A stretch of 54,987 nt of DNA, counting the filler, from Squatina squatina (Eukaryota): NCBI GenBank assembly GCA_031763465.1. It is 4 parts of 3 records of this genome, joined end to end, with 100 filler letters (N's around TTAATTAATTAA, not from the genome) between each part and the next. Parts side by side here need not be neighbours in the genome. Positions count along the whole stretch, not along the records: positions 27,473 to 42,493 come from JARFOE010000176.1; positions 42,594 to 54,987 come from JARFOE010000013.1; 2 more parts are not named here. The stretch is one strand, 5' to 3'. Shown here piece by piece: positions 36,246 through 48,147 of this stretch. The notes beneath the pieces are model-generated. The model was given only the letters and a program-made list of their open reading frames with translations. It made no database searches and was not told where the DNA came from. The first letter of the stretch is position 1. Every line of letters starts with the position of its first letter. The translations under genes and the position numbers were made by a program.

Positions 36246-39200
36246 AGTGCCTCCTGTGAAGCACCGGGAACTTCATTACTTCTTCATTTTATTTTCTGTT
36301 TATAAATTTTAAAGCACTGGCCAAACTCTTTGCTGTGTCTGGTGGAGTTTCATATCATATTTGTTTCTGTAACATTTACTGCCACAGAAATGTCGAAGTG
36401 AGGACCAGTGGCAATTCTAGTGTCGACCCTGTAATGTTGCAGACTCAGACCAGCTTCAGCTGCTGACTTTAATCATGTTTATGAATTACAACATCATTTA
36501 TCAAAATGATTGTGGTAAAAGCAAAAATTTTAATCAGACCTGATTGTATAATTTGTGTTGATGTTCTTTTGAGTATATTAATTACAGTACATCAGAAATT
36601 AAGAGCAGCAGTATAATCATTATAACTAAACCAGTATTATATCGCCTTCTATATCTACTTGCTGAATTTGATACACACAGGAAATGTATCAAGTATTCTT
36701 TGTTCTTCACTGTTCGGAGAATTCAGTGGCTGTGCTCATTAAAGTCATTTTTCGATACGTTCGAAATGTAGACCTGTTTGTAAATATTCCAGCTTAACTC
36801 ACCTGTTGGGGTGAACAACGTCACCTGATAAAATGTTAAAAAGGATCAGTTTAAGTTCATTAAAATGCAACGAGTTACTGGCTTGGTAGCATAATTTATT
36901 TTTGCACTATGCTGATTACCAGCCTCTGCAAATGCTTGAAACCACACTTCCCCTGGAAACTGTGTGACTAATCTCACTCTTACCATCAGGTGCTCGGTGA
37001 CAGGGAAGAATTGAGATCAATGAGAGAGTTACTTGTACCGGCAGCTAAACCATAATTGACAGCTCCCACAGAAACAGGTCAAAGTNNNNNNNNNNNNNNN
37101 NNNNNNNNNNNNNNNNNNNNNNNNNNNNNNNNNNNNNNNNNNNNNNNNNNNNNNNAAACAGGTCAAAGTGCTTAGCCCTCTTGTTTGACGAAGACTGCCT
37201 GAATAGTGGAGGGGAGGGGAGGAAATATTTTAGTGGAGGGGAAGCTATCAGCCAATCTAGCCACTGGCTGTTGAGGGGTTAATTTTCTTTTTCTTGTGCT
37301 TGTGATTGTCTGTTAACAGCCTTACATCCTCAAGCGGTTAAAGAAATAATTTAAAAGCAAACAGGACATAAAAATATTTCAACTTCTAGCAAGCCGAGGC
37401 TTTGCTAATGAAATATACTGATGAATTCCCGGAAGTGTTAGCAGCATGTTGCTCATTACTTGGAACTAGATGCTCCAAATTAATAACAAGTATTTTTAAA
37501 TCAAGACAACGGGTCAATAATAGGAATCTACTAATTAGAATTTGTGAGTCAGAAATCTGCCCTTTTTACTGTCTGTCTCTTCTGTCATTAAAACATCCAA
37601 AACATCAGAATGGTTTCGTTCCAATTTACAGGTTAAAAAAAGTCTACATTACGTGGTTTTAATTAAAGTTTATACATGAGAGAATCTCAGATAAAAATCA
37701 CATGAATGTCACCTTAACATATGGTCTGCAGCCTGTGTTATTCAGAAAGTGCTGAGGTGTTGTCCAATCCTGGATTTATGGAACAGTTGCGGGTTAGCTA
37801 GTGGGACAGTATCTGTAGTTTGATCAAAATCCTGTAGGGTAAGGATGGAACCTTCACTCTAATACAACAGCTGTGACACTTCCATTGTCTAACAATAGGA
37901 ACATGAGAGGACAGAGAAAATTCATCTTGCCCTGGAGAGGTCAGGTTTTGCTGACACGTCAGGGATTCCAGCATATGGCTAACATCTGAGACCCTTGTTA
38001 TCAAAAAGACATTTTCCTATTAAAACACATTTAGTGCTGCTGTTATATAATTAAGGAAAACAAATCATAATCAGTGCCATCGTGTGTATGCCACAGGCTT
38101 CTTTTTCAGCCTTTCCCCTCACATCGCAGTAGTTGCATCTACCTGTCTGCACATTCAGACATCAGCTTGCCAATATACTTCTTTATAGTTGTTTATAAAA
38201 CAAATGAAGATTTATCTGCCAGAAGAATTACACAAAAAATCACATGATTTGCCAGTGCAAAAATATCCGACGAGATATTATTAGCACATAGGTAACCAAG
38301 GTGTAAACTTGGCACCTCAGGCATTCAGCCCGAAGCATGTGTCTCATTCGTTAACCTGTTAATTCTCTTTAGAGATGTTGANNNNNNNNNNNNNNNNNNN
38401 NNNNNNNNNNNNNNNNNNNNNNNNNNNNNNNNNNNNNNNNNNNNNNNNNNNNNNNNNNNNNNNNNNNNNNNNNNNNNNNNNGTGTCCTGTGCAGCATCAA
38501 TTGATTGCAGAGAAAGTTAGTGTTGTTGGTGCTGCTGGTGCTGCTGATGTTGAGGCTGATCGTGGTAGGATTCTGAGGACCAAGGTGAAAGAGTATAAAG
38601 GACACCCATGCTGGTTGAATAGATGGCAGGTGAAGTAGAGATGACAGAAGCGATCTAGCAATGTTGAGAGAGGTAATGAGGTCAGACTGGATAAAGACTT
38701 GCAGCATGGTGACTCTGTTGTGGAAATACAGTGAGAAAATATTTGTGGCTGAGGTAAGATATCTTTGTAAGGTGGGAGCTTTTACCTTTGAAGCTGCCAA
38801 TTCAACAGCTGATTCAGTGGCCACTGAACTCCTGCCTCAGCTTGACAGACGTGGTCCACAACCAGCGTGAATCCCATGGGTGAGCCATCAAATGTAAAAG
38901 GCAAGCTGAAAATCATTCTTAAGTGGCTCTAAACAAGCCACTAATGACCTAAATTGGGTCCCCAGCTGCTATGCATTGTGTCTGCTCAGCGCTGGCAGGC
39001 CTGACATTGAGAAAGGTGCATGGCGGAGGGTTCACAGCGGGGTCCTAACCTGCTGGGGGGAAAATGTNNNNNNNNNNCCACCACCGATCGCACTCGCTGA
39101 TCCCCCGCAAAATTCTGGCTGTTAATTCTGTTCCTCTCTCCACTGATGCTGCCTGACCTGCTGAGGATTTCCAGCATTTTCTGTTTTTATAAATGCAAAT

Positions 39201-39273
39201 TATTGTTGTGTGTTTTGCTATATTTTCATTCCGATTTCTTTATCTAATAATTTGTTTTTAAATCTCTTTATAG

Positions 39274-39432
39274 GCCATAACCTTTGACCCCGAGACGCAT
39301 CTTCCTCGAGTTACTGCTGACTGCACAGGCTGCACTCTGTGCTACAGTGTCTGTCCCATCATTGATTGCATTTCAATGATTCCTCGCTTAACACCTTATG
39401 AACCAAAGAGAGGTATTCCTTTGGCTGTCTGA
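39274..39432 (+). CDS. DPYD: Dihydropyrimidine dehydrogenase, terminal exon (absent from the ORF track)
   Basis: TCTCTTTATAG| [52 protein letters not shown]; second 4Fe-4S motif; phase matches the preceding exon. Confidence 0.97.
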   Translation, partial: AITFDPETHLPRVTADCTGCTLCYSVCPIIDCISMIPRLTPYEPKRGIPLAV

Positions 39433-39612
39433 TGAGTTTGTTGAGTTGCCACGGTCCAGCAGTGAAACATGACTTAATATCCATATCTCCCAAGAAGTAT
39501 TGATTTAGTCATTCATGATATAACATGACAAATTACTGTTACTTCAAAAGTATTGATTTTAACTTACTAAGTTACTGCGGCCTTGCATTGTCCAATTAGT
39601 CAACAACAATTG

Positions 39613-39618
39613 AATAAA
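39613..39618 (+). terminator. Candidate DPYD polyadenylation signal
   Basis: AATAAA about 180 nt after the stop codon. Confidence 0.5.
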
Positions 39619-40115
39619 GCATTTATGTTAAAAAAACTATACTACTTTAATAATCAGTAAGCAATATACTTAATGTCAAGCAGGTAATAAGGCAGTGGCA
39701 ATTGGCTTACAGTGTGCACACCGATATGCATGATTTACATTGAACTAATAGTTGCTAAAATATGTTTTCACTACATCTATTGTGGACTAGTTACAGAAAA
39801 TGGAAAATGAGCATCCCTTATTATTTTATTGGAGTGTTATTTCACATAATACGGAGTACATTTCATGTTGAGGAATAGAGACATTTCCAGCCTAGTAAGT
39901 AATATGGCTAAAATTTACATTCCGCTCTCAGCATGACATCCATTTCTTCAGCATGTGAAGTGCCATTCCATTATATTGATAAGGATATCTGCTTTGAGCA
40001 TCCCTATGGAGCCTGNNNNNNNNNNNNNNNNNNNNNNNNNNNNNNNNNNNNNNNNNNNNNNNNNNNNNNNNNNNNNNNNNNNNNNNNNNNNNNNNNNNNN
40101 NNNNNNNNNNNNNNN

Positions 40116-40293
40116 GGGCAAGGACAGCGCTGCCAGTAGCAGATGCACAACTTAACAGGAACATTGGTCGGGATCCTTCCAGGCTGAAGCAGGCAACATC
40201 TGTAACATCTCCCAGTCAGCCGTCCACTGCTGCATAGGAGAGGTGACCGACGCTCTTTATGTCAGGAATGGGGGCTTTATTGTCTTCTCTCGG
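40116..40293 (+). mobile_element. PIF/Harbinger transposase fragment (HARBI1-like)
   Basis: RTALPVA and SGSFQAEAGNICNISQSAVHCCIGEVTDALYVRNGGFIVF, comparable to HARBI1 SGSFQ..GISQ.S..RCV..VT.AL. Confidence 0.85.
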
Positions 40294-40482
40294 AATAGAG
40301 AGAGAAACAGTAAAGGGATAAGTACAATGTAGCTGTAAAAATAAGCTACTATCCTGCTCAGAATATTCAAACATGATCTATAAAACTAACCGTGAATATT
40401 AAAAGATGTAGTTAGAGGGCTGCACCAAACCCATAGCATTACTAATGCAGCAAACTGAGCAAAGCAGCGCCTGTGTCTTGAA

Positions 40483-40792
40483 TCTGTTCTCAGGGTGTGG
40501 GTCTCACTGACCAAGGTCACTTTTATTGTTCTGATAACTGAGCGGCTTTCTCAGCCCACTCCGAGCTGTGAAGTTAATCACGTAGTGTGGGAGTGGAGCC
40601 ACATGTCGGCCAAACTAGTAGCAGGTCCCCTTAGTGAACCAGCTGGATTTTAATAACGCTGAATTTTGTGGTAATTTTTCTGGTGCTAGCCTACAAGCTA
40701 CCAGATTTACTGTATTCAGCTTCACAACTTGCAGTGGTGTGATTTGAACTGGCAACCTCAGGTTTGCTAGTCTAGTACCATAACCATTACTG
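40483..40792 (-). mobile_element. tRNA-derived SINE with LINE-derived tail
   Basis: Minus-strand head TGGTTATGGTACTAGACTAG...AGTTCAAATCAC; tail resembles the LINE end at 21000. Confidence 0.6.
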
Positions 40793-40847
40793 GATCGTAT
40801 GCCAATAAATCTGTGTAATAACATTCCTTAATATAATGCCTTTTAAG

Positions 40848-41058
40848 ATGTCCATGATACTGTGGATGGCAAGCAGCTTGGTATTGTTGATCTTGCCCTT
40901 TGCCAGGCTGGAGTAATTGAAGAGGCCAATGATGGAGTAATTGAAGAGGCAAACCTGTCCTGCCTGAGCAGACTCTGGGTATCGCATGACTTGGATCTTG
41001 CTGTGGCTGTGAACTGCTTTAACTGCGCTGTCTGTGTCAACTTGAATAATTTTTTCAG
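40848..41058 (+). CDS. SPG11: Spatacsin internal exon (equivalent to human exon 4)
   Basis: TTTTAAG| 211 nt, phase 1-2 |GTAAGC; VHDTVDGKQLGIVDLAL...LWVSHDLDLAVAVNCFNCAVCVNLNNFFR versus recalled human IFDVVDG..VAHVDLAL...LKVSQDLDVAVIVSSSNSAVALNLNLYFR. Confidence 0.88.
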
Positions 41059-42493
41059 GTAAGCCTGTTTATCACATTTCTACCTTTTTTGTAAAAAGAT
41101 ATCAGATTTGTTTTCTGTGCAAAATCCTTTATCTACTTGTTGTGTTAATATCTATTCTTTGAGATCTAATTACAGACAGCTTAAACCTGTATCTGATTTA
41201 CTGTTAACACCTCTCTAATAGCTTCAATATTTATTCCTGTTCCAAAGGTTCATGCCTTGAAGCCTTTCTATTGCAGCATGAGTCCAAATCAATGAGGTGG
41301 ATGCAAAAATTGTATTTGCATTGATATTCAGGGTAGAAATGTTAAATATGGTTTGCCGATCTTTCTCAAAATGGCAGCTCATATTTGTGCTATTATTCGA
41401 GTTCTTACTTGGTTTTAAATTGGATTGAATATCGATATGATCAATCAGGTTTTTTTTCTGGTGAACAGTAATGTAAAACAATTCTTGAATTCCAATACAA
41501 AATTAAGTATGCAAAAATATCAACCATCTCTCATAGTTTATCTGTGTAACCATGGTGATATGGGGCACATTGTTTAAGAGAAGTGTAAAATGAGACGAAA
41601 AAAGATTGAAAAATAATAAAGACTCACAAAGGTGATGGTATCTAAAAAATTTTCCATACAATCCTGTTCTTTTATTTATTGGTGGCCTGTACACATAATC
41701 ATGAGCGAATCCCCGCCAGCCCCTTTAGTCCTCTCGACTCTGCGTACAGTTGGGGGTCACACATGTGGTCCCTCCACCAGTCCATCCCTCCTGGCTCATC
41801 TGTGGATAGTGCTAAGCTTTTCAGCTGAATGGCCCTTACAGCCTTATGGTCCAAGAGACCCCGACTTATATCTCCTCACAGCAAAGTCTATCAAGGCCAG
41901 TTAACCCAATCATGAACTTACACCTGAATTTCAATTCCAGGGATGCCACGCACCCATTAATCCGCCTATCTAGGCCCAGCCATCACACTCATGACCCCCC
42001 CCCCCCAACCACCCGCTTCTCCCAGACACCATCTGTGTTGGCAGTGTCTTGCTCAAACGAGACACAGTGTGTCCTTGTTCATTAGTTATCTTGTCTGGGA
42101 AGTGAACATTTATGACTTCGCCTTTGTCCCTTATCAGGGTTTCTGGAATCTTGCCAAGCTAGCCTTGTTGTTTTCACAGGCAGCTGTTCTGTTAAGAAAA
42201 TGCTGAGGTCTGTCTTTTTAATTTTGGGCCAAGGAAGACCCATGCACCTTTAGTTTCCTCCATCTTATTTCCCAAAGCAGGGCTACCCAGGGCAGTTCAC
42301 AACAAATTTACAAGTATGATTAGAAGTGCAGCAATTACATATTGAAATTTTTAAACTACAATTAATAATAATGTTAATTGAGTTAGTTCAGGTTAGTTAG
42401 TAAGAGACTCTGAAGTGGAGTCTTTCCCAGAATTCTCACGTGTGCAGTTGGAAAATGACAGTCCTGACGCCCAGTCAGCATTGCACACTGATT

Positions 42494-42593
42494 NNNNNNN
42501 NNNNNNNNNNNNNNNNNNNNNNNNNNNNNNNNNNNNNTTAATTAATTAANNNNNNNNNNNNNNNNNNNNNNNNNNNNNNNNNNNNNNNNNNNN
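42494..42593. other. Artificial scaffold linker
   Basis: TTAATTAATTAA at 42538-42549 within 100 nt. Confidence 0.97.
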
Positions 42594-43808
42594 GAGAAAA
42601 CTTACCATTGTCTTCTCGCCTGAGGTCTACCTGACGTGATTTTTGAGCAAGCCTCAAAATAGGCAGCCAGCAGTCATGCCCTAAACATATTTGTCGATAA
42701 TGGTAATAAAAATCAGGAGAGATGTAAAATGAGCTGCTGATTTGCGATCACCCGTTTTAGATTATCGCACAAAGCCTCATGAGTTGGTATGAATGGCTTT
42801 CTGCTGTAAAATATGAATCCAACACACAAATCAGATGAAACTCATGATATATATAAATACCAAATTTGCATGAGTCTCCATGGATGCTCAAAGCTGAAGC
42901 CTAAGTAGTATAAGCCATTTAAGAACACTGCTTCCAAGCTGCTCTCACTGTTATTACTGAAGACAAATGATATAAATGTTTCTTTTAAAACCATTTGAAA
43001 TTACTTGAACTTTTTTTAGAAATTAATCTTATTGCGTTTTCAAACTATGCTAAACTCTAATACAACAGTATGTGGATAATGTTGTCATGCTTCTTAGACA
43101 GTATAACATCCAGGTATTGCCGACCATTGATTTCAAAAGCAAAGCACAATTGAGTTTCAAAATGCAGTCGCTGCCAGCTGCTAATAATTTCACAAGGGTT
43201 TTGCAATACAGACATTCTGGGGCCAAGTGTTTTGTGGAATCGCTAAGAACTGTATCAGTGCCAACAACAACCTACACTTAGCATCGTGCTATGAACTGTA
43301 TTTTAGGAAACTAGCCTTGATTTTCTAAGTGTAGTAGTCATATAGTGGATGAACCACAGTCACCAATGCAGAAATGGTATCATTCATACTGTGATGCTCA
43401 AATAAATTTGAAATGATACCATCATATTGATGTCCTTGGTGATGATGTTGCATAAATACAGGAACACACAAAGAACCGTGAGGAAAAAATAGTCAGCAGT
43501 TTCACTGCAAACGGCTTCTGCCCAGTCCGATATCAGAGCGCCTACCAATCGTGATATTCAGGAATCCTCCTCGATTTGTAAAAAAACAATTGGGTAGCAT
43601 TGCCAATGTCAACTGGTATCCGTGCAATCATGCTAATCAGCAGGCAGCACCAAGTTAGTGTGCTGCCCGCATTACTTTGATCCGGCATTGGGATCCCTGT
43701 GCCCATTTTCAGGGACAAACAATTTTTTAGTTCATTGTGTCTCAATCTTGTAAAAGGAACCTGTTGACCAGCATTTTTTGATTATTGACATCAACTTTGG
43801 ATTTTTGA

Positions 43809-44015
43809 TAGGGTGACCATGTTTTCTAAACCGAATCTGGGGACGCACATGATGGGAGCACAGCAAAGTAACCAGGACGGGAAATGTAGGTTGTGCAGCG
43901 CAGCGAGGTAAAGTTTTTTGTATTTTGATGCAAACTGAGTCTGCAAAAAGCAGCGCAAGAACTATCCCCCTGCATAATGTGGCCGCTGTTCACAGCATCT
44001 GCCGGCCGCAATCAC
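43809..44015. mobile_element. hAT MITE left end, related to 10777-10970, truncated by a gap
   Basis: TAGGGTGACCAT...AATCTGGGGAC, the same TIR and subterminal motif. Confidence 0.65.
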
Positions 44016-46042
44016 NNNNNNNNNNNNNNNNNNNNNNNNNNNNNNNNNNNNNNNNNNNNNNNNNNNNNNNNNNNNNNNNNNNNNNNNNNNNNNNNNNNNN
44101 NNNNNNNNNNNNNNNAGCCAGTAAGCAGGTGATGATCCCTTTTAATAGTGCTAGTGTGGGGTCCCTCGTGCTGCTGAACACTGTGTGAGGTTAAGGGAGG
44201 GCATTAGCTCCAGCACTACGATTAAAAATGGCAGTGCTGGCATCCGATCAGCATTACATGCTGATTGACGTCACAATCTGCACACTCTGCATACTTACGG
44301 TACACACTGACGCTAATGCCCTGACCAAAATTGTGTCTGGCGCGGCCCGTACCAAAAGTGTACGTGAGCTACTCGGACGCCATTTTCTAGCCAATTCGGC
44401 ACCAGTAGCACCCAAACAACAGGCACCACACAACTGCATTTTTAGTCCCGAGTCTTCACCTAGAATTCCAGTGACAGACAATTTCCAATGAGGCCTGGTG
44501 TAGGTGGAACCATCATCCGTCCTAAATATGGTCTGTTTTGTTGGAGGGAGTGGGACTGTGAGGACGGTTTCTCACACTGGGAATTTCCTTGGATCTGACC
44601 TCCCTAACATTGAACGACCTGAATGTTGGAATGAAGCCGGCATGCAGATCTGCTCAGCGGTGGAAGTGGGAGCCCATCGGGTGGTCCAGGTCTGTGTCCT
44701 AACTTGGACCGTCAAGTAAAATGGTAGTTCAATTTGTAATATTGGCCCCTTTATAAAGGGGAGTACATTAAAAAAAGCATTCAACGGTGGCACTGGTAGA
44801 TCAGCAAGGGACATGCCAGCACCACTTTTCCCCCTGCCTCAAGATATGCCCATAGTGGTGCAAGCACCCTCTGTTACTATTTAAATCAACTGACCCTGCC
44901 CTGACCCGGATACACTAGCAGGGTTAGGGGTGGAGGTCACTGCCACCTGCTCCACTGACAGAGCAGGGTCACGGGTTTTCAGCCCTAAAGTCTCACATGG
45001 ATATGTTTCCACTACAAACATCTTAAAGAAAAATTAAGAAAATATGTGGGGAATGCATGATTTGGAAGGCACTATAAAAGTCTAATGTCTACTATTCAAA
45101 TAGAAATTACAACACGGATCTAGGGCAGTGGTAAGACAGCAGAGGTACAGAAATCCAGCATAAATCAGCGTTCTAATAACCATTTATGTCTTCATCTTTT
45201 TTCACCAAACAAGGGAAACATTCTTTCACTAATTACCTGCTCTGATATCTCAGTCCCAGAGCAAATTACATGGCAATTTGCAGATGCAATGCAATGAATA
45301 AGTGTGCCTCAAATCTGCCCCAGTATCATTCGTAAATTATGAAGACATTTGCATCCCTCTAAAAACTGTTTATGGAGCTCAGCACATCTGTCATTTTATT
45401 TCTGAATGTTATGAGGCAATAATGTCTGTTGAAAGGAGCAATCAGGCAGGGTGATTTTCAGGGCCCTTCTCTGAGTTGAATCATGACCACCGATTGCGGA
45501 GTTGCTCAGACTGTCTTTTTCTAATAATGGAAGAAGGAAACAGAGAGAAGAATGGCTTCTGTGGAAAATATGGGGGTGTGGGAAATATGGTGGTGTGGGA
45601 AATATACATTTAAAAAGCCAGTGGGTTGAATTTCCTGCCAGTGATTTCCATTGCTGTTGCACTACTGGAAAAAGATTTGCTCCTGCCGGTTGTCTGAACA
45701 GATACTTACATGAGAGTTTCTTGGCTCAGCTCATTTGCATGCTCATTGGAACAGTGGATGCCTTAAATCCCATGTAAAATGAGTGTAATGTGTATGGAAA
45801 TTAAAGTGCGGCCTTTAGAAAGAAATTTCTCACTAAACAGTACCAGAGAAAACGGGTGGAGGGGTGGAGGAGTGGGGACAAGCAAGTAAGCGAGGGGCGG
45901 TGCTTGGCTCATTCATTTGATTCTCGGATAGCTTCACTGCAGGTCTCATCAATCTTCTCCTCATACTTTCAAAAATGTCTACAGCAGGAACCACTGGAAT
46001 GAGTAGTCAAACAAGGAAGTAGGGCATGGTACTCAAGCATAG

Positions 46043-46620
46043 AAGAATTTTCCAGACTCTGATCTCCAAGCCTTCCTGGCAGAAATAGAACTGAAGAGAC
46101 ACAGACTGCTGGGTGTCTGTGCCAGCAAGCCTGCCACAAATCTCACTCATACCACCTAGAGGGAAGTGGCACTGGCACCAAGTACCAATTTCCTCACCCC
46201 TAGGGCTGCATAAATGTGCAACAAGGAATTCAATGACCTGACCAGGCCAAGTAAGGTATCGCCATCACTCCCCCTTTTTGTCCTTGGGCGGCAAGTCTAC
46301 TCTTCAGTCTCTAAAATTTAACAGCTACACAAATAACCTTTCCAAAGCACTGTGGTTAAGGGGGCACTAACTCTTATAATATGCTTACCCATCTTCCATA
46401 GCTGCAATTGCTTATATGCTCAGCCCCTGCTGCCCATTTGTCCATTTTCACAGGGTGATACCACACTGGCTACTTCAGCTATTATGTGGCACCTGGAACA
46501 CATTACTCAGTTGTTAACCTTCACCTAAGTCATTCAATCTTGTTGCAGGACAAACAAAATGCCCATGAGAGGTAAGCTAACAGGAGGATCAGTGGGGAAA
46601 CTGATCCAAGACCCAGTGGA
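46043..46620 (+). mobile_element. PIF/Harbinger Myb/SANT (NAIF1-like) gene remnant with intron
   Basis: KNFPDSDLQAFLAEIELKRHRLLG...*REVA...PRAA*MCNKEFNDLTRPSK|GT at 46256; acceptor TTGTTGCAG| at 46548. Confidence 0.8.
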
Positions 46621-48065
46621 CTGGTNNNNNNNNNNNNNNNNNNNNNNNNNNNNNNNNNNNNNNNNNNNNNNNNNNNNNNNNNNNNNNNNNNNNNNNNNNN
46701 NNNNNNNNNNNNNNNNNNNNNNNNNCTGTTTCCAAAGAATGGATTAAGCCAATATGTTATTACCAATACAACTGGAAAAAAAAATCAGTGACGCACATTC
46801 AGTACTGTAATTTTTGGTAAAATGTTCTATTCTGACCTTGTGAGATTAATTTTATTTCTGGTGAAAAAATGTGGAAAATTTGAAGTCCTTTCTGTCCAAT
46901 CTGTTTTCAGTTCCCTATTTAGATCAGAGTGTATGGTTTCAGACAGTATGTAAAGTGAAATCCTTTGTCAAACCACAATATCTTTTACAGCACATGTATT
47001 TCAGAAATCTCTGAGGTCTCTTCTTTAAGTAATAAATTGGTTTAAAGTGGAAAACTATTTTATCACCTAAAGAGACAATCTCTAGAGTTTTTAAAATTCC
47101 TGAGTAATAGGAAATAGTGTAGTCCATCAAAAGCCATCATATATGCACTTTGTTGTATTAATGATTAGTAGTATGAGATTAGCTATGCATTCACCATATG
47201 AGAGTAAATGCTTTAATGTAATCCCCAACAGTCTGTTATGCATTAAAATGCTGCACAGCATTAGTTCAATAGATCATCTCTCCAGAGTGCTGCCTTAGAG
47301 AACTATATAAAAATAGGGTTACAGTAAGAATTATGTTGTGGAGAGGAGCCCTGAAATTCATCAGTGATTCCACCAGTCTCCTTCCATAACTCCAGCAAGT
47401 GGAACCCCAGGTAAATAGCTGAGTCCTGTCGATGCCGTGACTCCGCTGTTTCTGGAAGTTTCCACAGTGATTTGTAAGGGGTGGAAGTTCTTTTTGCCCT
47501 TTACATGGCAAAGAATGGACCGGAGGCGGGGTCAGGTTTGGGAAGTCACTAGGTCTGGAATTCCCACACTTCAGCCTGGAATGGGCCCAAGCACCAGTAT
47601 GGCTGCCGGTACGCCCAGTGAGTTGAAGGTGTGCCAGCCTCCACAAGGATTCATGTGCAGCCTGCTGGTAGGATCTAAACCAAGTAAGCACTCCGGACCC
47701 CCTGAAGAGGAAGTATTTCTTCTTAAAAATAATTTATGGTTTGGCCTTCTTGCTTAGGGGTCGAACAGTGCAGTTCTGGGATTGGGGGAGAGCCCTGGGC
47801 AACTGGGTGGAGTGAGACCCAAGTGTTTATTGGTATTGGGCGGGGCAGGCAGAGATGTGCCTTAAGTGGCTCTAATGCCTACCATGCAAAGGAGATGCCC
47901 TCCCACTGATTCCGTAAAGCCAAGAAGAGGAGGCGGGGAGTCAGAACTGGGCTCTGTCCCAGTGTTATTGCCGGGATCACAACCCAAACAAATTTAGGGA
48001 GATGATGTTTTATACAGATAACTGACGCTGCAAGATTAATATTATTGCATGTTAACTAAAATGAA

Positions 48066-48147
48066 AATTTGGGAATCAAGGGTTATGGGGAGAAGGTGGG
48101 AAGGTGGACTTGAGAAATGTCGGATCAGCCATGATCCAATTGAATGG
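48066..48147 (+). mobile_element. HER1/CR1 3' UTR fragment
   Basis: GGGAATCAAGGGTTATGGGG...GGATCAGCCATGATCCAATTGAATGG; near-identical inverted copy at 53785-53860. Confidence 0.8.

Noticed and set aside
43374-43422. Hairpin ATGGTATCATT...AATGATACCAT as a pre-miRNA
   Set aside because: The perfect stem is only 11 bp with a large loop, and it matches no miRNA I recognise.
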